NCBI GenBank assembly: GCA_964016885.1
Contig: OZ024746.1
Location: forward strand, 68,944,001-69,008,000
DNA from: Eledone cirrhosa
Lineage: Eukaryota
DNA: 64,000 nucleotides
Direction of reading: 5' to 3'
Shown one piece after another: positions 52,644 to 64,000 of the stretch. The translations under genes were made by a program, and so were the position numbers. Numbering within the stretch: position 1 is the first letter of the stretch; each line of letters starts with the position of its first letter. The notes beneath the pieces were generated by a model. That model was not told where the DNA came from. It ran no database searches and saw only the letters and a list, made by a program, of their open reading frames with translations.

Positions 52644-53070
52644 GGTGGGTTGGCAGTATCGGTAGAGGGTCGGACGCCATGCTTTGCAGCATAGATTACG
52701 GTCCTTTACAGTCTGAGTTAAAATCCCGTGGAGATCAACTTTGCCTTTCATTCTTACGTGGTCGATAAAATAAAGGACCAGTAATGCACTGGGATAATTG
52801 CTGGCCTTGTGCCAAAAGTAGAAGCAATTATTATTATTATCACCATCATCATCAGGGTGGTAAATTGGTATTATCGGTAGAACATCGGACAACATGCTTT
52901 GCAGTATATAGTTACAGCCCTTTACGTTCTGAATTCAAATTCCACCAAGGGTTAGCTTTGCCTTTCAACTTTACGAGGTCAATAAAATAAAGTATCAGTC
53001 AAATACTAGGGTTGATATAATCAATTTTCCCCCTCCCTACAAATTGCTGGCCTTGTCCATAAATTAAAAA
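52644..53070 (+). mobile_element. Two head-to-tail tRNA-derived SINEs (52644-52835 and 52855-53070)
   Basis: Both collinear with the 1403 family; one has the short 3' form and one the long 3' form. Confidence 0.85.
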
Positions 53071-53242
53071 TCTTTATCATTAATTGTATATCTGCTCATT
53101 AACTGGTTGGATTTATATTATTCAGTTATATTTTCTACTCTACAGAATTATGTTTCTGTAAATTGTTCCGTATAGGAGGCGAAGTTGGCAATTAAAGGAA
53201 TAGTTAAGTTAATGTTAACAGGTGGCAAACTGGAAGAAGCAT

Positions 53243-53689
53243 TGACTCTTGATTCCAAACCACCTGAAACCATCTTAGATTTAAGATAAAAAAATTGCTC
53301 ATTTTAAAATGTTTTTCCTTTAGCATTTAAACCGGCCATATCCGGCCAGAATTCTCTCTCCTGTTTCTGTTCAAACCAGCTATAACTGACCACTCATACC
53401 AATGTTAAGGTATTGTTCTCAAAATAAATAATATCAAAAGCTCATAGATTCGGTGTGATGCGAGATAAAGCTTTTATCATGAAAATTTAATAGTATATAT
53501 AGAATAATGTAAAAGGTAAAATCCTTCCATCATAATATTTAAGAAATTCTTGTTAAGTAATGTTCTAAATATTAGCTTACTAATAAAATAAGATCTTTTA
53601 TTAAATTTCTCCAAATATTTGATTATTTTCAAAATTAATTGTAAAACAGGCATTATATTTCATTAGCAACATGTTAATGATAGGGTTAA
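53243..53689 (+). mobile_element. MITE family B containing a nested family A copy (53317-53518); related copies at 54253-54470 and about 12053-12781
   Basis: Shared body (ttattttcaa.attaattg...aacatg.taa...aagggTTAA) among the copies. Confidence 0.6.
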
Positions 53690-54771
53690 CATTGCCACTA
53701 CAAAATGCCTTGTGGTATTTATTCCAATAAATTGCATCCCAATACCTGTCTAAGGCAGTGGCCTGGCAGAATCATTCCCAGTTCAAATCCAGCTGTAGAC
53801 TACTTCACCCCACCCCCACCCCACCCCAACACCCCCCACCCCCAAGTGAGAAAGTAGTGACTGGTCTAATCACTACTCTATATATGTGTGTGTGTGTATG
53901 TATACGATGATGATGATAAGTATATATCCCACTTTGGATTGATTGATAAAAGAAAAGCAAGAGTACATACCAGAACATATAGGGAAGTAGTTATGAGGAA
54001 TTTAAACATGTCACCCAATGAAAGTAAATCTGTAAAAAGAGCCGTGACTGATAAACTAGTAACTGTGTAATAAAATATTTCTTACATTTATGGTTGTTAA
54101 CTGACCTAGAAAAAGAATGCCAGTTGTAAATTACCATTATTACTCTTTGAATATAGTTTTTTTTTTAATTTCCTTATTTCCAATGTTGACATACAGTATT
54201 AAATACAGTTTTAATGAAGAAAAAATTGAATAAAACAAGCAAGAATTCCAACTTAATCCTCTTGATACCAATTTGCCCAAAACTGCCTCTATAAATAAAA
54301 ATTTCCTATTTTAAAGGGTTCCAATTTAAATTTTCCAACAAAATTTCATGTAAGAACCTTTTGCTAAGTTATGTTTCAAATAACATCTTAATAATGAAAT
54401 ATATATTTTAGTTAATTCCTTCAAACTCTTCATTAATTAACATAGAAAATATGGTAACAGAAGAGTTTTAAAAATTTCACATAAAAACGATGATGATGGA
54501 ATATATTCTCATCATCATTAACATCCCTTTTCCCATGTTGGCATGTCACCATATTAGTCCTGATTCAACAGATTTTTAATTGAAGACATTCTACTAGGGA
54601 TGATCCCATTTTATATTCAGACATAGTACATCTAGAGCAAGGACTCAAAAGGGCTATTAGGTCCTGGGGAAGAGGGACAATGGGTCAAAATTGAGATGAG
54701 GTGGGATGAAGTGGAGTGGTGTAATTTCCACCACTTATAATGCTAATCTGCAATACAGTTGATGTGTCCTT

Positions 54772-55094
54772 GACACAACCTCTTTAGAGCTGGTGCTATA
54801 ATAAAATACTTTCAATACATTCTGCATGCGATTGGTGATAAGGACATCCAGCTGTAGAAAATTGCCAAACCAAGGGTCGAAAAGACTCTTCAGTTGTGTT
54901 AAAGAAATGACAACCTCTATAGTGTTGGAACCATCATAACTTTCCCAGTATACTCTGTAAAAAGAGGGAATGTATGTAAATGTGAAAGAGCCTCCAGTCC
55001 ATCTGAAAGGTCAGTAGCTCTGACTAAGTACTGACTAAATAAATTCAATGACAACTTTTGCTAGTAGAGAAAACTGACATATGATGATGATGAT
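54772..55094 (+). mobile_element. RTE-UTR-derived non-autonomous element with (ATG)n tail
   Basis: Collinear with 121-370 and 3750-4026; ends gacatatgatgatgatgatg. Confidence 0.65.
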
Positions 55095-55475
55095 GTATGT
55101 ATATAGATGTATACTCCTCCACCACTTACAAGACTATTTGGTCAACCTGGGACTATCATAAAAGACAGGTTACCCAACATACTGTACAGTGGAATTAAAC
55201 ACAGAACATGTGGCTGCAAAATAAACCTTTTCACTATACAACTATGCATATTGTACCTAAATAAATATTTATTTTATTAAAAACTACTAGAAATATATTC
55301 ATCAAAAGTAACAGTGAAATTCCAAACCTTTATAGAACTAAACATTTTATTTCTCTTTAATAGAATGAAAAGTATTTTTAGTAATAAACCATGAAATATT
55401 TTACATATTTTCCAAAATATACAAAAATACTTTTTGTTTTTTCATCTGAAATAGATGTTTCTCTTTATTTTGGAC

Positions 55476-55646
55476 ATCATTATCATCATCATTCTCATCA
55501 CCATTTGACGTTTATTTGTTCATGCTTGCATGTGTTATACAGGTTGTCATGTTATTAGACAAGTCAGGTCAGGTGACTACCTCTTACTCATACAGATCTG
55601 AATTTTTGCTTGGTTTCTATGGCTGGATGCCCTTCCTAATGCCAAT
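55476..55646 (-). mobile_element. Bipartite RTE-derived short element
   Basis: (ATC)n-like tail, catgcttgcatg, then ggtttctatggctggatgcccttcctaatgccaa. Confidence 0.7.
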
Positions 55647-56111
55647 CTCGAATTCAATGTAAACTGTTTAAGTCAGTTGTTGTTATAGTTTTTGTTGTTA
55701 TATAACCTTTAATAGGTCCTGATTAAGTCAACCTTATATCAAAAGCATTCCAGCCATGAACATCCCATCTTTTTATGGCTATATAGAACATTATGCAAGA
55801 CATTTTCCAATGTGTCTGTTCTTCATTTAAGAACATGGAAAGTATTTGAAATATTGCTATTTTTAGCAGCTCCAGTAACTATGTAGTGTCTCCCTAGCAA
55901 GTTTGTTTAGTGACAGCTGTGGGTTTTGTTTAGCTTCAAGTAAGCCTTCTTGTTGACCTATAATCCAGTTGTAACCATGCCATCTCTTTGGGATTATGTA
56001 GGACATTTTCCAATGTGTTTGTTCCTTAATTAAAATGGTGATCTAATGGAAATGTTGGTGTTATTTATGTATGGATTACGAGTTAACAGAACAGAATAAA
56101 AGAACTAAAGC

Positions 56112-56339
56112 TTAACTCTTTAACACTTACATTACTCTATATTTACTATTGTATTTTTGCAGTAAAGGCTTTATCTCATATAATATCTCACACAATATCG
56201 AATCTATGAGATTTTGATATTATTTATTTTGAGGCCAATACCTTTACACAAGTATGAGTTGCTGGTTACAGCCAGTTTGAACTGATAGAGGTGAGAGAAT
56301 TCTGGCCGGATATGGCTGGTTTAAATGCTAAAGGATTAA
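56112..56339 (-). mobile_element. piggyBac-type MITE family A
   Basis: TTAA flanks, degenerate TIRs, collinear body. Confidence 0.85.
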
Positions 56340-57392
56340 GGGATGTAGGCCGTGCTCCCTCAAAATTGAAGACCCATGCTAACTGGCTTACCTTACCACC
56401 AACACCCCACCTCTGTTCTGCTCTAGATCTCAGATCCAATTCATCAAGGTTGACCGGGGAACTAAAACAACAGCAACAACTATAACGGTAATGCTTCGTA
56501 GAAAGGATTTAAATTGTTATTTTGAAGTCTACACACCAGAATGTTCTTGTTGCTTTACAAAATTAGACAAAGAAACATATGACTCGCAAAATTGTTTGTT
56601 AGTCATCATCATCATATTCTCATTCTCACCACATCAGCTGTTACTGTACCAGTCTTAACCTGCTGCCATCCATCTTGCCAGCTCATCACAAGAGAATTAC
56701 AATTATTTACCAGATGGAGTCAGCCTACATAACATTATAGGAAGATGCTGAAATTAAGGCCTCTTCTTTAACTCTTAACTTCCTGTAATGATTTAGTGGC
56801 AGCAAATTGCAGACAGAGTTCATTAGAACATTGGATAGAATGCTTAGTGGTATTTGTTCTAGCTTTCTGCACTGTGATTTCAAATCCTGCCAAGGTTAAA
56901 TTTGCTTTTCATCGTTGCAAGGTTGATAAAAAAAACACAGTCCAGTACTGGGATTGATTCTTCTTCTATATCTCTTTCTTCATCCCTTTCTTTCTCTGGA
57001 AGAAATTGGCTGAGTTCAGACTTAGAAAAGGATAGATTCTGTTAGGGATTCATAGATGAATGAATGATTTAGCAGAAAGTTGTGAAAAATTGCAACATTA
57101 GAGTCAAGATTATAATTTTGAATGTAACAGTCATATTGCTATTTTGTACTTTTCAAGAATGTCTTGTTAAGGAGGTCTAAGAAGAACAAAATATGTCCGG
57201 AGTTGTCTTTTGTACATGCCAAAATGATTTAAATAATATGAGCCATTCAGTTCAGGTTGTATTTTTTTCACCACATAAGTATTTCTAATTAGAATTTTTA
57301 ACCTTCCTACATGAAATGTTAACACTAACGTAACAATTGATTTACATGCAGATAGATATAGTGAGTCATTAACCTTAGTGATTTATTTATCT

Positions 57393-57610
57393 TTAACCCT
57401 TTAGCCTTTAAACCAGCTATATCTGGCCAGAATTCTCTCACCTATTCAAACTGGTTTTAACTAGCCACTCATACTGATTTTATGGCATTGTTCTCAAAAT
57501 AAATATCAAAATCTCAGATTCGATATTATGTGAGATAATTATGTAAGATAAAGCCTTTACCACAAAAGTACAATAGAATATATAGAGTAATGTAAATGCT
57601 AAAGGGTTAA
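57393..57610 (+). mobile_element. piggyBac-type MITE family A
   Basis: TTAA-ccctttagccttta ... taaatgctaaaggg-TTAA. Confidence 0.9.
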
Positions 57611-58069
57611 ATATGCTAATTGTTCAAGCTTACTCAGGTACATTATTGTACATCTACATAATGATTCTCTCATCACTACTTCAGAAAGTCTATGCTTTGG
57701 CTGAAGAGCTCTAATAAAATTGTAACATGACTGGAGTTGCTGTCCATACTTGACAAAATCATTAAAATGATATTTGTCAATGACCTAATGTATTTTTTTC
57801 ACTGCATAATTATTATTTCTGATTAGCATTTTGATGCTTCCTGTATTCAATATTGTTAACAATAACTTAAATAGTAAAAATCAATATGTAATGAAAATAT
57901 CACAAGCAGAACTTTCCAACAAATACTGTTGATTTGTAGGCTCTCTATACAATATCTGCACAAGTTTAGGCCCTCACTGACAATGTTAAACAGGTTAACT
58001 AGATCAATTCATTAAAAAAAGTAGCACAAAATGTTTCAAAAGTAGCAGATTTTTTTATACAAAGAAGGT

Positions 58070-58100
<31 letters not shown>

Positions 58101-58134
<34 letters not shown>

Positions 58135-58284
58135 GTTTAATGTTCACTTTCCACGCTAGCATGGGTTAGACGGGAGTTGTCCCACTTGAGGCAAGGTTGG
58201 TCGGGTGACCGTGTCTCGCTCATATACGACTATCTGGCAGGTTTTCTACGGCTGGATGCCCTTCCTAACACCAACCACATTTAC

Positions 58285-58286
<2 letters not shown>
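58101..58286 (-). mobile_element. Short RTE-derived element matching the 3' UTR end of the 17741-20037 RTE
   Basis: Collinear with 17741-17905 (ccacgct.gcatgggtt, cccacttgaggcaag, ggatgcccttcctaacaccaaccacatttacag). (ATC)n tail, flanked by (TA)n on both sides. Confidence 0.85.
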
Positions 58287-58330
<44 letters not shown>

Positions 58331-58334
<4 letters not shown>

Positions 58335-58905
58335 TCATCAAGACCATTTAATGTCCATTTTCCACGCTAGCATGGAATTGGTCACCCAGGTAACAGAAAC
58401 TATCTACTACTTCTACAGAGTCCTCAGGCCATTTTAGGGAGCTAGTGTCCTGTGGGCTCTTGCTACTTAGTGCACCTGTGCATCGGCCACATGTAAAACC
58501 TACATTCTTTGCTAGCCTGCCAGAGATCCCACTACATCTCCTGTGTACCCATAGTTTGCATTTCTACCTACTGCTTTTCTGCACACTGAGCAAGACCATT
58601 TCCCTAACGGAATCTGGGCCCTGTTTTCTTTTCTACATACTAGGACTCTAGTCTTTGACAAGATAGTTTTAAGACCTTTTGATTCTAGGCCATACTTCCA
58701 AGTTTGGAATTATTCCTCTAATTCTGCCATAGATTCAGCTATAAGGGTTAGGTCATCTGCATACAGAAGTTCCCATGGGCAGCCAGTCTTAAACTCTTGT
58801 TATAGCCTACAGGACGACAATAAACAGGAGAGGGCTGAGCCCTGATGGATACCGACATGCACACTAAATTCTTCACTATAGTCATTATTAATTTTGACCT
58901 TGCTG
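58331..58905 (-). pseudogene. Decayed, internally deleted RTE fragment (RT C-terminal half and PHD region) joined to an RTE 3' terminus
   Basis: Near-collinear with 18660-19215 (e.g. ggtcatctgcatacagaagttcccatgggcagccagtcttaaac = [14 protein letters not shown]) but with indels. (ATC)n tail and 3' motif at 58331-58375. Confidence 0.88.
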
Positions 58906-59146
58906 AATGGAATTAGTGTTTGAGGACTCTTCCCCCACGACCCTCCCAGTAATAAGTGGGCGAAAAAGAAGAGGAAGAAACCTCTACATGCTCATCCGAT
59001 CTGCCTGATGTAGCAACCAAAACTTTCTCAAACTAAAATACACGTTGAATATGAAGAAAAAAAAAGAAATGGTCATGACAAGAATGGTTTTTATCATGCC
59101 TGTTCTGTCAGGGCTAACCTGGGGTTAAACAATAGCAATATATATA

Positions 59147-59707
59147 GACGCAATGTTTAGACAAATTACAGAGGCAATAAACATAAATGAACTCCAACCA
59201 AAATTAAATAGAAAACATAAATGGAATAGCAACATCACAACTTACAATTCAGGACAAAATGAAAACACACATACACATAGAACAAACAACCAACCAGTAA
59301 CTTGTAAATAAACAAATAAATAAACAAATATAAACACACACAGACACCTGGATGTAACACATGCGCAAACTAAGCACACAACACACACAAAAACAAGATG
59401 GCGTAGGACAAAACAAAGGAGAGGCACAAAAACAAAGAAAAGAATCCCCAGTCACTGAAGAGGTCACAGAATGTGTGACGAAAGAACTTTGACAATATAT
59501 GAACAATCGCCTGGTTGTGAAACCAACCAACCAACCGGAAATTTATAAATTCCTTAATTTATAATAAATTGAAGTGAAAGCAACTGGTGCGTGTGTTTCT
59601 TATTGGCAACATGATCCCCCCCCCCCCAAAAAAAAAAGTATAACAATATCGGTTTCAACACACGTTTTCAGATAAAGAATCTTTCTAAACAAATTCAGAA
59701 ACGAAAT
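59147..59707 (+). mobile_element. 5'-truncated Penelope-like element of a second family: GIY-YIG tail plus pLTR with hammerhead
   Basis: From 59147 translates DAMFRQITEAININELQPKLNRKHKW (RQIxEAxxI...LNxKxEW-like PLE endonuclease end). 59435-59707 matches the 46772-47267 element. Ends in (TA)n. Confidence 0.8.
59450..59494 (+). ncRNA. Minimal type I hammerhead ribozyme
   Basis: GTCA-CTGAAGA-G-GTCACA(gaatg)TGTGAC-GAAA-GAAC-TT-TGAC: stems I and II pair, canonical core. Confidence 0.8.
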
Positions 59708-62379
59708 ATATATATATTATATATATAGCTAATAGTAATTACCAAATAAATAAATGACGGGACTATCTCTAGAATTTGATCATGCACAAAATCCATCGCA
59801 TCTTTTCCAACATAATTTATCGCGAATTTATCTAAAGTGACTTTTTTTAAGCCGGTACGGTGTGATTTGAGAGATTTAGCTGTTATTTCTAGTAAGTCGA
59901 ACAAGCACGTACGGGCTCCAACGTTCTAGTTCAGTAGTCATCGTGTTAGGCGTATGATCAAAGGAATTTCAGTAATGACAATCCTATCGGCTTTTATGGA
60001 GTTTAGTTTCATTACATGACAAAATCACAGGGGGGGGGGGGGGGGGGGGGCTCAATGTAGTCATTCAAAATGCTAAAAGTGGCAGCCAAATTTTCCTCAA
60101 CCGGCTTTTAAAAAAAATGAAATGATACATAGGACATTGAGTGTAGTTCTTAAGATGCATTCATAACTGGAAGGCCTTTGATCATAGGTCTGCTTAACCA
60201 AAGCTAACCTAGGGCTAAACAACAAAAATACCATTCTTAAAAAAACATCTTCCTTGTTTATACGAGGAAGGTTTGAGTGATATAAACTTGTCCAACTAGT
60301 AAATCCGCTGGCTGATTTGATCAAACTCGGTCATGTCATAATATTCTAACGATGTTACTAGGATAGACAACTTGCCGTTGACATGGTGACATGGACTTGT
60401 TTTTACATCATTTATATATATATATATATATATAATGTTCGTGGAAGACAAACAGAAAATATCGAGTGAATCATAGATTCAAGTAAATGTACAAAGAAAG
60501 TAATTAAAAATAAGAGATATTGTTTGAAGGTGGGAGAATTTAAAAACACAGACACGTTGGAAATGTATACACACATCAGTAAATTATATAGAATTTAATA
60601 TACACACACACACACGTACTCATTGCCATATATACATATGTAAATTACAAGATATTTTAATATACACACATTGATACTCACTGACAAACATCAAATTACA
60701 TAGATGTTTTACACACACACAGTAAATTACAGAAATGTTAATATACATATACATCTATATATGCTCTTATATTGAATCATGTGTGTGTACAATAACATAT
60801 GCTGATATATAATTAAATATAGATACAATCAGGTGAATACACAACCAAGGTACAATTACATATAGATACAAACCATGCATGATGCACACACGTACGTTTA
60901 AAAAAATCATGTAATATAATTTTGGTGACAAACATTGAACAGGTTTTTCATTAGCTATCCCCACTTCTCTGTCACGCAGACACATATAATGTCTACAATA
61001 CACAGACGTTGCTGCTGAGCCCCCAGGTCGGTCATGATCGATCAGACCTATAATCAAAAGGCAATCAAACCTTATCATCCTGGCTTTCACTTATATGCAG
61101 AGGATTCGGATTACATTATTTAACGTGTTCTTTTTTTTCTTCTCGTGTGTGATTTAAGGACGATTTAGTTGCTATTTCTAGCATGTAAAAAATCAGGTAA
61201 CGATTTCCTCGTTCACAGTAGTTACTCAGGATTACAGCTTCAAACTCTTACTGAAGACATCACCTTCTCTCCTATCCCTCACACACACAATTATTTATTT
61301 ATTTATATATATATATATAGATATATATATATATCTATATATATATATATAGATATATATATATATATATATATGACATTCCTGATGATTTCATACGAAT
61401 GAAGCAGTTCTAGTCTTGTAAAAGTCATTTCTATATATAATAAAAATACTTGTTATACCAACGTATTGAGTACTTTTTTTTAAACTGTGGTTACCTTCGA
61501 TGCCACTCGGGAACCTATATGTAGATATATAACTATATACATACACACATGTATACACACATTAGTATAGTATATAGTATATTATATATAAAGCTAGTTT
61601 AGTAAGTTCTGAGTGATATCTTATTTCACAAAACACAATAAAACCAAAACGTACTACGATGCATATATGTCATTTCTTTTTTAACTGGTGAATATGAGAC
61701 ATTTAGAAGAGAAAAAGTTGTTAATAAACAGACTAAGAACTATAAAACTAGCGCAGAACTTCAATATCAAATGTGAAAATGTGATAAAAATCATTTACCT
61801 TGGGATGCAGAAGTTCATTTGCATGTAACTTATTAACTTGATTTTTCTCTGTATAAGAAAAAGCCAGCTGCTATCCAGAAGCTCTTTATCTTTTCACAAT
61901 ATTAAGTTGCAATTCCTCTCTTGACTTTACTTCTTATCTTTTCCTCCCGATAAATCACTGTCGCCTAATTTCCCGCCTTTTGGAGTCAGAAAAGTAGTAA
62001 AATTTGTTATTTTTTAAAACAAAATGAGGCAGTAAGGCAAATTTTCTTGTTGACTATGCCCTCCACTTAATCACGTTTGTATTTACACATAAGGATCACC
62101 CTTGCTTGCTGACAGAATTGCTGTTGCTCTCAACAAATATGTAAATAAACTTCTCTCTATTTTGTGTTAAGCTGTCGTCGTGAAAGAGAAAAAATAGACC
62201 ATCTGAATATCTGGCTGGTTGATAAGCTACTGTTCAATGAAAAACTCTTAAAAAGAAACTTCGATAAACTTGCTGAAGTTTCATTAATACAGTAAACACT
62301 CCGTGTTTGGATGAAATGCTGTCTTTCAATAATTATTTAATCTGTTCGTGTTTACAACACACGCTGACGTTCTGTCTAT

Positions 62380-62706
62380 CTCCTCTCTTTTATCTATTTT
62401 AATTGTCCATTCATACCTTTCTTTTTCTTTATCCTTCTCTTTTCTATATTTTCTATCTCTCTCTCCCCTCTTTTCTATTTCCTCTCTCTATATATATCTC
62501 TCCCCTCTTTTCTATTTCTTCTCTCTCTCTATATATATATATATCTCCCCCTCTTTTCTATTTCCTCTCTCTCTATATATCTCTCCCCCTCTCTCTCACA
62601 CTTTACTGTGTCCTCTCTCGCTCTATTTCTTTCTCACACTTTACTGTGTCCTCTCTCGCTCTATTTCTTTCTCACCCCCGAACGTAACTTTATCTCTCTC
62701 TCTCTC
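62380..62706. repeat. CT-rich low-complexity/subrepeat tract
   Basis: (CT)n-rich, with ctcacactttactgtgtcctctctcgctctatttcttt duplicated. Confidence 0.8.
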
Positions 62707-64000
62707 AACTATTAAAATATAAATAAAACGTTTATTTCGGCGTTTGTAAAGTGGTAACATCTGTCAGTAATATTACGGCACTCCTATCTTACACGGCTCT
62801 ATATACATATATATTGAACACTATTAATGTTAATATAGAAACTATATAGTGAACCTTCAAATAAAATTGGACCTATACTTCAAATACTTTTTTTCTTCTA
62901 TTTATAAGAATTTATTTTATAAGTCCCCCAGTTTCACCCATAATCCCCCTTATATACTTTAAAATTAACCCTGAACGAATTGCTAACAACATATATATGC
63001 ATACACAGATGTATAGTCACTCGCATGTGTCTATTATATATCGAAATAAAAACATCTCGATTTCATTGTTCAGTAAAAAAAAAAACTCAATGGAGGTAAA
63101 CACTTCCCCCTTCCCCACTAATTTCAAAAATTTAGAAAAAAAATTACGTTGATATGCTTTTTCTGACTGAAAACTGCTATTGAATTTTTGCGAATTAAAA
63201 TTCAGAATCTTCTAAATACCCTTCTAACATCAGTCTGGCGACGGGACTGATACAAACAAATACATCACGTTATTGATGGTGCTTCTATGTGGTCGGTGGA
63301 CCAGCTAGAAATATCCCTCAAATCACACCCAACCGTCTCTAAAAGAGGAGGACATACTGGATGAAATAGTCAGAGTATTACTGCTAACGAAAAACAATTG
63401 ACAAGATGGTTACGACTGGAATGTCTTGATCATAAGTCATCTCTATCTGGGTCGAATTATCATTAGTTGATTATGGTCCCTACACCAGGGGTCTCAAACT
63501 CAAGGACTTAAAAGGGTCATTATGTCATGAGGGAGAGGCAGGGCCTCCAAGAAAAATGTTGCAAGGCGGTACAAGACCTGCTTTAGGGCCCGAAGCAGGC
63601 AAAGATTTTTCTCAAAATGGATGTTGTATGGTTGCTGTGGGGGCCTTCTTAGCTCTTGGGCCCCGGCTCGAACCCCTTCTCATAAGCCCTGGGGAAATGC
63701 ACAGCGGGCAAAAGGTGAGATGGGGTGTGAGAAGATAGTTTCCACGAATGATAGTAAGTCGGATATGTGAATTAGTACAAAATTTTGGCTCGGTTGTTCA
63801 CCCCTTCCTTCAGATTTTCTTTGTTTTAAACGAGGATTTGTTTGTTTGTTGTTTTAGTACTGTTTGGTATTCCTTCTTTTCTCCCTTCCCTACCCCTAAA
63901 CCTTTTCCTTACTTTCTTTATTTAATTTTTTCCCTCTTTCTTTTTTTTTTTTGTTATTGCAAACATTATATAACCGAATTGAAATTTGTCGATTAAATAA

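Noticed and set aside
63486-63740. hAT-like end (caggggtctcaaact) and a 60-aa ORF
   Set aside because: No matching second TIR or TSD found, and no recognisable protein motif.

Overview
AT-rich eukaryotic (metazoan) DNA, almost entirely repetitive. The repeat families and giant (TA)/(CA) arrays suggest a mollusc, probably an octopus; this is inferred, not proven. About 20 kb between 16.4 and 52.1 kb is compound (TA)n/(CA)n/(TACA)n microsatellite, which produces all the long YI/HT/CV 'ORFs' as artefacts. The retroelements are: one intact full-length RTE-clade LINE (37332-40400, APE endonuclease + RT + inserted C4HC3 PHD-like finger), a 5'-truncated RTE of another subfamily, a decayed RTE, CR1-type remnants, and at least four Penelope-like remnants, several carrying minimal hammerhead ribozyme motifs or inverted pLTR structures. 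Also present are many tRNA-derived SINEs (some with clear TSDs), TTAA-flanked MITEs, an 88-bp hAT-type MITE, a 957-bp foldback with 213-bp arms, two near-identical duplicated blocks about 12.4-13.1 kb apart, and two minisatellites, one derived from the RTE 5' UTR. The only convincing host-gene sequence is one spliced coiled-coil exon (8419-8783, minus). No prokaryotic features, CRISPR arrays, rRNA or true tRNA genes were seen.
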